Of a stretch of DNA of 64,000 nucleotides, positions 1-10,467 are shown piece after piece. This DNA comes from Diplonema japonicum (taxonomy: Eukaryota; Protista; Euglenozoa: Diplonemea): contig OZ025746.1 in assembly GCA_964019335.1 (NCBI GenBank), positions 62,001 through 126,000 on the forward strand, read 5' to 3'. Every line of letters begins with the position of its first letter. Within the stretch, counting starts at the first letter, position 1. The position numbers were made by a program, and so were the translations under genes. Below the pieces are notes generated by a model. It worked only from the letters and a program-made list of their open reading frames with translations. It was not told where the DNA came from and did no database searches.

Positions 1-1
1 A

Positions 2-3000
2 CTTTTCCATGCAGGCACCTGGTGCGGCACTTACGTCCCAGTGGCAGTGCGGCATGTGGTCGCAGCACTTCTCGTCGGGGTAGTTCACGCACGCCTTCTC
101 TTCGCAAGCACCAGCAGAGCTCCACCTGCAAAGACGGTCGGCCTGACAACCAGCAAGAGTTGAGTGCAGAGCAGAAGCGCAAGGGGTCTTTCTGCACTTG
201 TGGTCCACTGGATCGGGACAGTCGTCGTCCCATTCGCACCCAGGCTCGGAAGTGCAGTTGGTCGTGTCATTGTGCATGCAAGGAGTCTCAACACACGCAG
301 AAGGCGCAGGCACGTCTTGCCATGTGCACGAAGGGCCCAGCTTCACACAGTCATCCTCAGACTTGGCCAAGCACGGCTTGGTAGTGCACGAGGGTGTCTT
401 CAGGGGGTCCCAGCCGCAGTCGGAGTCGGCATCGCACTTTACCTGAGTGTCATGATTCTCACACATCATCTTCTCGCAAGTGTGAGTCGCGCTGTCCCAC
501 ACACAATCGTTTGTGGCATCAGCAGTGCAGTTCGGCTCAGTGCAGTGAGCGAAGCACGGGTGGTCAGCGCACGCCAGGGTGATGGTGCTCCACTTGCAAG
601 TCGGGCTCGCAGTGCAGAGAGCGCTAGTACCCAATTCGGTGCACTGCTTGACCTTAGATGTCCCAGTAGTCCCCTTGGTGACCTCAGCACCGAAGACACC
701 CGAGGGATCGCAGAATTTGTCAAAGAGAGTGTTCAGCTTCTCAACTGACGCCGAAGCGGCCAGCTTGTTCGCGGGGGAGGTTACTACGTTGTCCTGCATC
801 GACTGCCTGTTCACTTCCTGCGCAGCCGTGGGGGAGATGTAAGGGGTCGTCATAGTCACAGAGAAGATCTTGATGCCCTTGTTTACAAGAGTAGTCCTGG
901 CAGCAGCCAGAGCAGCGGCATCAGCAGGGCTACCATCTGTGATGAAAATCAGCACCTTCTCCCTGTTGGACGGGGATTCAGTGAACACCTGATTGGCCCA
1001 GCTCAAGGCGTTAGCACCACCAAGAGAGCTGCAATTCGCCTTCAGGTTGGCCTGCTGCCAAGCGAGTTCCTTCTCAATCTCGGACTGCACACCAGACAGC
1101 TTACCGCAAGTAGTGGTCGCAGACGAGGGCAGGGTGAGCGGCACCGTTCCGCACGAGCACCCAGCACACTGGGCAACGTTTACATCCTTTGTGAACTGGG
1201 AGATAGCAAACCTCATGGAGCCGGTCTTGTCCGTGGATGAGGCACCCACAGATGCCGCCTCACCGGTCAGAGGAGCAGCCTTAACCCAGTCCCTGATGGT
1301 ATTCAGCCATGCATCGTAGCCGTCAGCGTTGCGTGACGAGCAAGTGCTTCCAAGAGCAAAAGCGATATCCAGGTCAGGGCAACTGCCCCACTTGCTGGCC
1401 TTGCACTTGACAGGAGTCACAGCAGTGTCGAACTCGCACCTCGAGTCCTCCTTGCAGGGGCATGCAGTGTCAGCATCGTCGTTGTAGTCATCGCACACCT
1501 TGTCGACGCACGAGTTACTGCCAGTGTCGAACTCGCACTTCTTGTTGGGGTCGGTGTTGCAGGCAGCCTTGTTGGTGCCGTAGTTCTTGGAGCAGAAGCG
1601 CTCAACGCACTTGCCGCAAGCTTTCTGCTCATACTCACAGTTCGGGTCGGACTCACAAAGGAAGGGACTAGCGTGGGTGCTGTAGCAAGTGCTCATTGAG
1701 CACGTTGACGAGGCAGAGTCCCAGTTGCACGCGGAGTCAAGAGTGCACTCACCTTCCACGGTAGTAGTGCACCTAGTTTGGTAGCAAGTGCTGCTCGCCG
1801 CGTTCCACATACAAATACCAGAGGGGCACTGCAACTGAGTACCAGCAGGCTTGCAGGGGTCATGGGTGCACTTACCCGTCATGCAGTTCCAAGAGCACTC
1901 GCGACTCACGTGGGCATCGCACTTGGGCTGGTCAATGATCGAACCGCAGTCAGGTTTCTTAGGGGTGCACTTGTCGGTGGTGTCGTCCCACAGGCAGTTG
2001 GGGTCTGCGGTACACACACCGGGAGCGAAGTGCAAGCACTCTTTGGGATCGCACTCAGCAGGGCTCTTGGTGGTGTTCCACATGCAGGTGTTGTCGGCTT
2101 CACAGGTTGTGACGTCTGTGTACTTGCAGACATCCCTCTCGCACTGCCCGCCTTTCCACTTACAGGTTGTGGGCATCGTGGTGCACTCCACCTCGGTACA
2201 GCGGTCAGTGCAGTCGGCATCCCTGCACATACCAACAACAGGGTTGCTGCTACCCTTGGTGCACTCAACCTTTCCTTGCATAAGCTTGCACTCAGAGCAC
2301 GTGAAAGAAGCCTTCTGAGTAGAAGTGAGTTCAATGCAGTTGAGGTTGGGGCAGCCTGTTGCGCAGACAGGCGTGGAGGCGTCCCAGTCACAAGACGCGT
2401 CAGATCTGCATTCTTGCGCCAGACCCCATTTGTTGCAAGGGACGGACGCGGACTGACCTTGCTTGATCTTAGAGATAGAGCTGCCGAAGATACCAGCGGG
2501 GTTGCAGAAGTCGTCGAAGACGGAGTCCATCATGTCGTCCAAGAACACGTTGGCGAAGTGCTGGTCATGGGGGTCAGACGTGATGGGGTACAGAGTGGCT
2601 TCGGCGTCTAAGTCAGCCTGTGTGTGCCCAATCTGCTTCCTGACGACAACACCGAAAGTGATCACGTCCTCGGCGTCGAGATCGGCCCTCAAGGGAGGGA
2701 TTTCAGTCGACTTCTGGGGCTCCAAGGGGGTCAATGCCCCGTCGGTGATAATGATCAACAAGTGAGCTCTGTGGGTAGGAGAATCATGGAAGACCTCCAC
2801 GGCGTCCTCGAGAGCCTTTGACATGTAGGTAAGACTCCTCATGAAGTTCGTCTCATGCCAGTCAAGGTCGACGTTGATTTCATCGATGTCACCAGAGAAG
2901 GTACCGTCAGTGCACGACTTGCCAGCAGGGACACTAGAGTCCTTGCAGTTCCAGCCAGAGCAACCACTGCCATCGTTCTTGCACGCCCAGTACGCATCTG

Positions 3001-6000
3001 TGCGAGAGAATTGCACGAACCCGAGACGGAAGCTCCCGCCTGTCACTGTGGACATTTTCTTTACTGTGTGTGGCTCCTTCGTCAGGGGAATGGTCTGGGC
3101 CCAGTCCCTGATCATCTCAAGCATTCCATAGTACCCACTAGGGTGCGACCCGAAAGGTGCGTTCATAGAGCCAGACCCGTCAAAGACGAACAGCACGTCA
3201 AGATCGGGGCACGTCGAGGTTTGGGTAGGCTTGCAGGCCCCATTCCCAGTGTTGTCCCAGAAGCACTCTTGCTTCTTCTTACAGTCGCACGCGGTCGTCA
3301 AGTCGTCGCACGTTGTAGGCTCACAGAAGTCACCCTTAGAATCACTGCCGGGTTTGCACAAGACATCTGCGGTACAAGCCGCCGAGTTCAAGGGGTCAGT
3401 GGGGATACCACCGTGGTTCTTCGTGCACGTGGTCGACACACAACCAACGGGGGTGGTGGTAATGTCCCAGTGGCAACGCGGGTCGTGGTTGCACTGCGGC
3501 TCATCGTTGTCGTACCCAGCGCAGTAGTCTTCAATGCACTTACCGTTCTTCCAGTTGCACAGGTCGTTCGTAGTGCAGTCCATCTGGTTCATGATCTTCT
3601 TGCACTTGTCCTCACGGCAGTGCTCAGGAGTGGTGATTGTGTCCCAGACGCAGTCGCCCTCGCACGACGTGGTGCAAGTCGTGCTGTCCTTGTTCTTGAT
3701 ACACTTCTTCTCATTGCAAACAGTTCCGGTCCACTCGCAGTCGGTGTCAGAAGTGCAGGTGGCCTGCTGGGTGTACGGGCAGATGGTCTTCCTGCAGGAG
3801 GTGTCAGAGCAGTTCCACGTGCAAGTCTCGTCCGTGATGCACGTTGCCTGGTCGTAGGTGGGGCAGAGATCCTTCTTAGCACAAACAGGGGGGTCAACAC
3901 CCTGGTCCCAGAAGCAGATCGGGTTGTTCGTGCAGTGGTCCTTGATAAATACCGATCCACAAGGCTTAGGTTCGCAGTCATTGGTAGTAGTGTTCCACTG
4001 GCAGAGATTGTCAGCATCAGCAACGCAGGAGGCCTTGTCGTCGTACTTGCAGACCTTCCTAATGCAATCGGCACCTGCGTCCTCCCACTCGCACTTGTCG
4101 TCAGCATCGCAGCAAGCCTTGTCACAGCACGACATGCAGTGAGTTTCAGCGCAGGTGCCGGTGATCGAGGACCTGATACTGGCACCGCAAAGGGTCTCAC
4201 CCCTCTGGAGCTTGCACTGGGAGCAGGTGAAGATGCCTTTGTACTGAACGGGCACATTCAAGCAGTTAAGCTCGGGGCAGGCGTCTTGACCAGCGCAGGT
4301 CGAGAGCTTGGGGGTAGTCCACTCGCACATCGGATCAGAGTTACATTCATCCTTGAAACCCCACTTAGGACACGGCAGGTGGGTAAGGTTGGTCGCGGGA
4401 GAAACGTGCTGTCCGAAGGTACTGGTCGGGTCGCACAGGGCGTTCAGCACCTTGTCTGGGATTTCGTCGAGCTCCAGGTTCAAGAAATGGGTGTCCTGGG
4501 GTGCTGTCGTCAAGGGCTTAAGCCTGTCTTCAGCGAACTGGTCGGCCCTGGTCCTCGAGGAACCTCTCCTCATCACGACACCGTACACTTCAACGTTGTC
4601 CAGCATCAAGTGATCGTAGGCAGTGTCAAGCATGGTCTTGTACTGCGACTTCCAGTTCCAGTCGTAGCCGCTCCACCAGTAAGGACCGCTGTTCCCGTCG
4701 ATATCTGTCAGACCACCATCAGCAATGATAATAACAACATGCTTCCTGTGCGGGGGACTGTGAGCAGGGTCGAAGTAGTTGTCCGCGACGTCAAGCAGCG
4801 CGTCGTGCAGGTACGTCCACTCCGCCTGGTAGTTGTTCTCGTGCCAGTTCAGGTCACCCAGCAGTTCGTCGATGCGACCAGAAAGATGACCGTCAGTGCA
4901 CGACCCCACAGTGCAGCCAGTAGGGTGGTCATCCGATGGAAGGGCCTCGGCCTTGGAGAACTGAATGAATGACACACGGAACCCACCACCCGTGGCGGTG
5001 GACGCACCTCCAACTGTGAAGTCCTCTCCGGTAAGCGGAATGGTCTGAACCCAGTTCCTAAGCATTTCAATCAGGGCATAGAATCCGTGCGGGTGGGCCC
5101 CGAAGGAGTTAGACATACTGCCAGATCCATCGAGGACGAATCCAATGTCCAGGTCAGGGCACGTTGTGAAGTGCGGGTCAGTGCACTGCTTGGTGGCCGC
5201 CTGCCACGTGCAATCCGTCGCCTTGTGGCAGTCACATGCCTGGGTCAGCCTCGAGCACACCACGGGTTCGCAGTACGGGGCACCTGAAGCGGGGATCGTC
5301 CACATGCAGTCATTCTGCGCATCGCATGCCTGCTGGGTCTTTCCTAAGACGGAGCAGGTAGTCTGTGTGCACGTCGCAGTGGGGGTTGTGACGTACTTGC
5401 AGAGAGGGTCCTGGTTACAGTGGGGCTCGTCCGGGTGGTGGACACATGGCTTCTCCTTGCAAATCAGGGTGTTGGTGTCCCACTCGCATTCGTTGTCAGC
5501 ATTACAAGCGGAGCTGCTGGGGTACTCACATCTAATAGGAGCACAGTACGTGTCAAGGAGGGACGGCGGCCCGACGGGGGCAGGGGTCTTTAGCGGCTCC
5601 CACCTGCACTCGGTATCAGCATCGCAAGTGGTCTTGTCGAAGTAAAGGCAGTCTTTAGGCTTGCACTTCAAGGTAGCAGATGCATCAAACTTGCAGACAC
5701 TGAGTGTGCAGTAGTCAGGGTTGGAAGCAGGGACAGTGCACGTCGGCGAAGGGACAGTGACGGTCGCCCCGTTACACGAAGAGGAGTCAGTGTGGGGTCT
5801 GCACGGGTCATCAATGCAAGTACCAGGAGCCCAACTGGGGTCCCACATGCACAGAGGGTCCGACTTACAGCTTGTTGCATCCGTCTTTCCCTTGCACGAG
5901 GGGTCAATCCTCTGGCAGAGACCTTTGCTGGAATCCCACGCACAACCACCCTGGGCTTTGCACTCGGGCTCAGTGCAGAGGGGCAGACAGGTTGTCTGGA

Positions 6001-7534
6001 TGCACATCGGGTCTACAGTGTTGTCCCAAAGGCATGCCAGGTCTTTCATACAATCCTCTTCCTTGTCAAAAACAGAGCACCCAGTGGTCTTGTCTGCGGC
6101 CTTGCACTTGGCACCGGCAACGTCCCACTCGCAGAACCCTTTAGTCGCCAGATCAGCGCACTCGCACGTTGACGTGATCTTGGTACAGTCAAGAGGCTGG
6201 CAGGAGTCGGGGGACGGTACGCTGGGGTCCCAGTGGCAGGGGCCGCCAGTCGCGGTGCTGAGGTCGTTGTTGCAGTTTGTCTCATCGGTGTACGTAGACG
6301 GGCAGTACTTGGGCACACAGTCGGCAGGCGCCTTGCTCGTGTCCCACATGCAGCCCTTGTCAGCGTTACAGGTAGTCTGGTCCTGGGGGATGTTGCACCC
6401 AGTGGCTTCACAGGTGCCCGTTTGGGAGTTCCATCCGCACATCCATGCAGGCAGGTGTGCATCGCACTTACCTTGGTTAGTGTACTCGTGGCAGCCGGAG
6501 ATCAAGACAACAGTGCCGTAGGCATCGTCCTGCGCAAGACACATGTCACCAACACCACCCCACTCGCAGATAGACCCCTCGATGGAAGGGTGGTTGGTGG
6601 GGAAGTCGTTCCAGTAGCCGCTGTCGTAGAAGTGCCCCCAGTCCTCACCGTCGGAGTAGCAGGACCCACTGCACCAGTTGGAATACTCGTTAGGTTCACC
6701 GCCTTGCCATCTGCTGTAAGCTCCGGCCGCAGTGTTGAAGCTCCAACCCTTTCCAGTACCGATGAGCGAACCTTGGTTGCAGTCGGGTCCGGAGCATGGG
6801 TTCTTACCGCTGGGGATGGGGAACCCCAAGTCACAGGCAGATCTGGTGGGGCCTGTGGCGGAGGTGTCGTAGCTGGCGGGGCAACCTTCGGGACCGGTAA
6901 CCCATCTCCAAGTGCCTTCTCTGCCGACATCGGTGGCACCGATCCAACCGTTGCCGTGAAGCTTGTGGGCGAGGGCCTGGTCCTCTGCGTCAGTGGTGAT
7001 GGTGACAAGGTAACCGATGAGACCGAGGATCTCGTTGTTTCGGTTGGCGCAGTAGCCTTGGGCGTCGTCCCAGTGGCAGGCACCGGGGCAGTCAGGGTTC
7101 TTGTGGTAGAACTCGTAGTAGTGCCCTGTAGAGGTGGCGTAGAAGGCACGACCAAAGTTCCATGTAATTCGCCTTTTTCCGCCTAGTGACGATGCGGTGG
7201 TGAATGTCACACTGGCGATAGCTGCAGAGTAATCGGCGATGGAGGCGTCGCCGGACAAATGCAAGAAACCATTTCTGGTGTCAAAGGACACGGAGATACC
7301 TTTGCTGGCGCACAATGGGCAAGCAAGAGTGTCCGCTCCGTTATTGTATCCCTCTTCAATGTCGACAAAACTGCCCTTGATGATGGTGCTACAGTCGCAG
7401 GTGGTGAAGCTGCTAATGGTCGAACAATCAACGTCGGGGAAGGTTACCTTCGGCACGTTCGTTTCGTACTCCAGACCCTCCACACAGAGGGCCCCTACAA
7501 CGCCTGCCAGCAGCAAGCGCGCGCTCCCTTTCAT
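2..7534 (-). CDS. Giant secreted/surface protein (>2500 aa, 3' end outside the window): signal peptide, C-type lectin domain, many Cys-rich CxWD repeats and three VWA domains
   Basis: ATG at 7534 gives MKGSARLLLAGVVGALCVEG. Lectin motifs GHYYEF, WDDAQGYC, GYLVTITT and GWIGATDVGREGTWRW lie at ~6570-7130. VWA starts: CPDLDIGFVLDGSGSM (~5160), CPDLDVLFVFDGSGSM (~3210), CPDLDIAFALGSTCSS (~1385). The same frame still reads HCHWDVSAAPGACMEK at position 2. It is absent from the ORF track, presumably because no stop lies in the window. Confidence 0.88.
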   Translation of the reverse strand, partial: MKGSARLLLAGVVGALCVEGLEYETNVPKVTFPDVDCSTISSFTTCDCSTIIKGSFVDIEEGYNNGADTLACPLCASKGISVSFDTRNGFLHLSGDASIADYSAAIASVTFTTASSLGGKRRITWNFGRAFYATSTGHYYEFYHKNPDCPGACHWDDAQGYCANRNNEILGLIGYLVTITTDAEDQALAHKLHGNGWIGATDVGREGTWRWVTGPEGCPASYDTSATGPTRSACDLGFPIPSGKNPCSGPDCNQGSLIGTGKGWSFNTAAGAYSRWQGGEPNEYSNWCSGSCYSDGEDWGHFYDSGYWNDFPTNHPSIEGSICEWGGVGDMCLAQDDAYGTVVLISGCHEYTNQGKCDAHLPAWMCGWNSQTGTCEATGCNIPQDQTTCNADKGCMWDTSKAPADCVPKYCPSTYTDETNCNNDLSTATGGPCHWDPSVPSPDSCQPLDCTKITSTCECADLATKGFCEWDVAGAKCKAADKTTGCSVFDKEEDCMKDLACLWDNTVDPMCIQTTCLPLCTEPECKAQGGCAWDSSKGLCQRIDPSCKGKTDATSCKSDPLCMWDPSWAPGTCIDDPCRPHTDSSSCNGATVTVPSPTCTVPASNPDYCTLSVCKFDASATLKCKPKDCLYFDKTTCDADTECRWEPLKTPAPVGPPSLLDTYCAPIRCEYPSSSACNADNECEWDTNTLICKEKPCVHHPDEPHCNQDPLCKYVTTPTATCTQTTCSVLGKTQQACDAQNDCMWTIPASGAPYCEPVVCSRLTQACDCHKATDCTWQAATKQCTDPHFTTCPDLDIGFVLDGSGSMSNSFGAHPHGFYALIEMLRNWVQTIPLTGEDFTVGGASTATGGGFRVSFIQFSKAEALPSDDHPTGCTVGSCTDGHLSGRIDELLGDLNWHENNYQAEWTYLHDALLDVADNYFDPAHSPPHRKHVVIIIADGGLTDIDGNSGPYWWSGYDWNWKSQYKTMLDTAYDHLMLDNVEVYGVVMRRGSSRTRADQFAEDRLKPLTTAPQDTHFLNLELDEIPDKVLNALCDPTSTFGQHVSPATNLTHLPCPKWGFKDECNSDPMCEWTTPKLSTCAGQDACPELNCLNVPVQYKGIFTCSQCKLQRGETLCGASIRSSITGTCAETHCMSCCDKACCDADDKCEWEDAGADCIRKVCKYDDKASCVADADNLCQWNTTTNDCEPKPCGSVFIKDHCTNNPICFWDQGVDPPVCAKKDLCPTYDQATCITDETCTWNCSDTSCRKTICPYTQQATCTSDTDCEWTGTVCNEKKCIKNKDSTTCTTSCEGDCVWDTITTPEHCREDKCKKIMNQMDCTTNDLCNWKNGKCIEDYCAGYDNDEPQCNHDPRCHWDITTTPVGCVSTTCTKNHGGIPTDPLNSAACTADVLCKPGSDSKGDFCEPTTCDDLTTACDCKKKQECFWDNTGNGACKPTQTSTCPDLDVLFVFDGSGSMNAPFGSHPSGYYGMLEMIRDWAQTIPLTKEPHTVKKMSTVTGGSFRLGFVQFSRTDAYWACKNDGSGCSGWNCKDSSVPAGKSCTDGTFSGDIDEINVDLDWHETNFMRSLTYMSKALEDAVEVFHDSPTHRAHLLIIITDGALTPLEPQKSTEIPPLRADLDAEDVITFGVVVRKQIGHTQADLDAEATLYPITSDPHDQHFANVFLDDMMDSVFDDFCNPAGIFGSSISKIKQGQSASVPCNKWGLAQECRSDASCDWDASTPVCATGCPNLNCIELTSTQKASFTCSECKLMQGKVECTKGSSNPVVGMCRDADCTDRCTEVECTTMPTTCKWKGGQCERDVCKYTDVTTCEADNTCMWNTTKSPAECDPKECLHFAPGVCTADPNCLWDDTTDKCTPKKPDCGSIIDQPKCDAHVSRECSWNCMTGKCTHDPCKPAGTQLQCPSGICMWNAASSTCYQTRCTTTVEGECTLDSACNWDSASSTCSMSTCYSTHASPFLCESDPNCEYEQKACGKCVERFCSKNYGTNKAACNTDPNKKCEFDTGSNSCVDKVCDDYNDDADTACPCKEDSRCEFDTAVTPVKCKASKWGSCPDLDIAFALGSTCSSRNADGYDAWLNTIRDWVKAAPLTGEAASVGASSTDKTGSMRFAISQFTKDVNVAQCAGCSCGTVPLTLPSSATTTCGKLSGVQSEIEKELAWQQANLKANCSSLGGANALSWANQVFTESPSNREKVLIFITDGSPADAAALAAARTTLVNKGIKIFSVTMTTPYISPTAAQEVNRQSMQDNVVTSPANKLAASASVEKLNTLFDKFCDPSGVFGAEVTKGTTGTSKVKQCTELGTSALCTASPTCKWSTITLACADHPCFAHCTEPNCTADATNDCVWDSATHTCEKMMCENHDTQVKCDADSDCGWDPLKTPSCTTKPCLAKSEDDCVKLGPSCTWQDVPAPSACVETPCMHNDTTNCTSEPGCEWDDDCPDPVDHKCRKTPCASALHSTLAGCQADRLCRWSSAGACEEKACVNYPDEKCCDHMPHCHWDVSAAPGACMEK

Positions 7535-7732
7535 GGCGAAAAGGGGGCCTTTTCTTGTTTTTTTTATTTGTTTGTATAAACCTCTTCTTCAAGCTTCCGC
7601 AAGAGGCGTTGTGATCAAAAAAATTACTATGTTTGTACTGTTTTTTTTTTTTCCCTTCTTCCTGTGGATGGTTGTGGTGGGGGGGTTCGTCTGGACAAAA
7701 AAAAAAAAAGAAAAAAAGATAACATTCGATAT

Positions 7733-8524
7733 CTAAACATCATCGACCCACGCCTTCCAAACAGCACAAGGAATCTTGTTCCTGAAGGAAGAGGTGTTCG
7801 GTGTGTAGGTACCAGGCCCTGCACTACGAGCTTCTTGATAAAGATTCTTGTAAGAACAGGTCTGATGAGGAGCACGTGAGGGGCTTGCTGACATAGTGAA
7901 TGACCGGCTAGGAAGGGGGGAAGTAGCGTAGTGCCCAGGTCCTGGGCCAAGCGGGGGTTGGGGAGGAAACCGTTCGGTGGACGATAACCCACACCATTTT
8001 TTCCTGTCCGTTCTGCTTCCCATTGCTACAGCGCTTTCTTCATCGTCTTTTTCTCTTCCCGTCCGCGCTGAGAATTTTGGTGTTTGTGTGATAATTCTAC
8101 GTTTTGAAGGTGTAGAAGCGAACCTCCCACCCCGTATCCTCTCGGGGCGGATGGCTACGAGGTGGCCCCATTCGTAGACACCGACGCCTGGGACGCAGTT
8201 TTCGGTTTTTTTCCGTCCTTTTTCAGCCCATCCGAACACGGTGCTTCGTACCCCGATTCCTTTTGTGCCCAATATGCTTTCCATGGTGGGGTATATCATC
8301 TTGCGGGTGTCTCTTGGTTTCTTCTGAAACCGCTGGCTCTTCGGGATAGTCCGCCCTCTGTTTCCTGTGAATGTCGAACCCATCTCCCTCGCCAGCGTGA
8401 AGGTATCGAACAGCTCTTGAGACATGTTCTTTCGGACGGTCGCTCCCTTCAAGCAAAACACACACCCTTTGGGTACCTTTCTCGCGATGTTCGGGCCCAT
8501 CACATCCGACTCCGCCGTGCTCAT
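7733..8524 (-). CDS. Basic protein with PGPG (SHIPPO/STPG-type) repeats, probably axonemal
   Basis: 263-aa ORF with LGPGPGHY, AGPGTY and VPGVGVY motifs; an A-run directly precedes the ATG. Confidence 0.6.
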   Translation of the reverse strand: MSTAESDVMGPNIARKVPKGCVFCLKGATVRKNMSQELFDTFTLAREMGSTFTGNRGRTIPKSQRFQKKPRDTRKMIYPTMESILGTKGIGVRSTVFGWAEKGRKKTENCVPGVGVYEWGHLVAIRPERIRGGRFASTPSKRRIITQTPKFSARTGREKDDEESAVAMGSRTDRKKWCGLSSTERFPPQPPLGPGPGHYATSPLPSRSFTMSASPSRAPHQTCSYKNLYQEARSAGPGTYTPNTSSFRNKIPCAVWKAWVDDV

Positions 8525-8760
8525 TTTTTTTTTCTTTTTTTTTCTTCTTCTTTTTTTTTTTTTCCAGCCTTACGAAGGAAAAAGAAAAATTCGATAATAT
8601 TTCAAGGATTGTCGGATATAATCAACTCATTGAGAACGAAAAAATGAAAATGAAAATGAAAATGAAAAAAAAAAAAAAACAAAAACAAAAAACAAAAACA
8701 AAAAAAAAAAAGAAAAATGCCTGTAAAGTCATTCTTTTTTTTTTTTCTTTCCCAAGTAAA

Positions 8761-10467
8761 CTACCAATACAGCTTCAGGCTTCTCGGGGTGACCTTGTTG
8801 ACAATAAGATGCATGAGGTGCGCGGTCTCGGGACGGGGGTCGACCATCTTCTCCAAAGCCTCGTACGGGGTATCTTTCTGGTGGAGGTACCGGAGGGCAA
8901 AGGTGTTGTAAACCTGCCAGGGCGGCTGTTTTTTCTTCTCCAGTTCGTACATCCACTCGTTGGGCGCTGAGATGTTCAAGGTCGACTCTGGCTCACCACT
9001 GTCATATATCAGTTCGTAAAGAACACATGGAGGCTCTGACCCAATGTGGATGGCGGTGAGTAAAACCCGTGTTTCGCAAAAACTGAAAACTTTCTGCTCG
9101 GTGGCGACGTCGAGCACGATGGAGTGGCCGAACAACGCCCCGATCCTCTCGATTCGATGCACATCACTGTGGGTGGAACCGAACATTACGAACCGCTTCA
9201 CGTCAGCGTTGCCAATGGTGCAGCACCGCATCACACCAGATGCGATGCCTATGTTCATCGCGTGATCGCATGTAACTTCATCCGAGTTGTGCATCCATAA
9301 AATTTTCAGCGCTGCTTTTGCAGCGGAAGGGGCGTAGTCTGTGCAACAGTGAGCGGCGTTGAAGGACACGCATAGCTTGTCGCATATTATAAATTCCAAG
9401 ACTCCGCGTTTTGAATTGCTCACCGACACCACGTTGGCTAACAGCTTGCTGAAGAAGCCGAACGGGTTGTCGCCATCGATGAACAGCGCTCCCGACCGGC
9501 GGATGTTCGTGAGAAGCAGCGAAACGTGTTTCTTACCGCAGTGCTCGCTTGCGAAGGAATCGTGCGGGGACGGGTTTTGAACAGACGCTTCAACACTGTT
9601 TTGACTCGACGATCCGTTTTCGCTATCATCGAAGGTGTCCAACGACAAACAAGATTGCGGTAAGTAAGGACGATACGACTCAAGATTCAACAGTATAGAT
9701 CTCAAGGCTGAGAACAAACCCTCGGGTATACCATGAGCTGAGTTGAGATGCTCCTCTGCTGCGTGAAGGTTGAAAACAGCAAGCGCAGTTGACACCTTCT
9801 CAGCTACATCGATCGCTCGGTCCATGTTTTCCTTTTCTGTGTACAGCGCTGTTGCGAACCGCCTCGTGCAGATCCAGTCGATCACGAAAACCAATACTTT
9901 TGAACCTGCTTTTAAAAGCCCGCTTGAAACGCCTTCCGGACATGGTGGGTTGTTACATTTGTAAGGAGCGAGATTTGGTTTTAACGATGGATCGATGTCG
10001 TAGAGCCCAAACCTTAGGATAGTTTCCAACGTATCGATTGATATGTATATCATGATGCATATGAATACTTTTGTATCGGTACCGTTTCTGGTTCGCATGA
10101 CGAGGAGGAAGTCCATGAGGAGGACGAAGAAGGGCCACATTGCGTTTTCCATTTGTACGTTGTTCGAGTAGTCGTACAGCATAAAGCACACGGAGCACAG
10201 AACCGTTTGCGTGTTGATGAACGTTTCGGTGATGTCCCACCGCATCCACAGCGTCAGTGCGCCTGCAACGCAGGACAGCATCCCGATGGAGTTGATGACC
10301 AGGCTGTACCTGTCATGGGCCCTCGCTATCCCTATGGTTATGATTGGCAACAACGGCACGAACACGCGCAAAATGGTCGTCTTCCTTGTCTTCTGCAAGT
10401 CACAGTCATCCTCTTGCACTATGTATAATATTATGCTTTGCCACCAGCCTTGGAGGAATGGAAGCAT
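8761..10467 (-). CDS. Multi-pass membrane protein with a degenerate class III nucleotide cyclase-like domain
   Basis: The real start is MLPFLQGWW at 10467; the upstream ORF extension is homopolymer. About 6 TM segments, then ILLNLESYRPYLPQS, VSLLLTNIRRS, GVLEFIICDKLCVSFNA and NIGIASG in the order expected for the cyclase fold; NEWMYEL near the C-terminus. Confidence 0.7.
   Translation of the reverse strand: MLPFLQGWWQSIILYIVQEDDCDLQKTRKTTILRVFVPLLPIITIGIARAHDRYSLVINSIGMLSCVAGALTLWMRWDITETFINTQTVLCSVCFMLYDYSNNVQMENAMWPFFVLLMDFLLVMRTRNGTDTKVFICIMIYISIDTLETILRFGLYDIDPSLKPNLAPYKCNNPPCPEGVSSGLLKAGSKVLVFVIDWICTRRFATALYTEKENMDRAIDVAEKVSTALAVFNLHAAEEHLNSAHGIPEGLFSALRSILLNLESYRPYLPQSCLSLDTFDDSENGSSSQNSVEASVQNPSPHDSFASEHCGKKHVSLLLTNIRRSGALFIDGDNPFGFFSKLLANVVSVSNSKRGVLEFIICDKLCVSFNAAHCCTDYAPSAAKAALKILWMHNSDEVTCDHAMNIGIASGVMRCCTIGNADVKRFVMFGSTHSDVHRIERIGALFGHSIVLDVATEQKVFSFCETRVLLTAIHIGSEPPCVLYELIYDSGEPESTLNISAPNEWMYELEKKKQPPWQVYNTFALRYLHQKDTPYEALEKMVDPRPETAHLMHLIVNKVTPRSLKLYW

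Noticed and set aside
2855-4972. 705-aa plus-strand ORF, and the other plus-strand ORFs in 1-7500
   Set aside because: Antisense shadow of the codon-biased minus-strand lectin/VWA gene.
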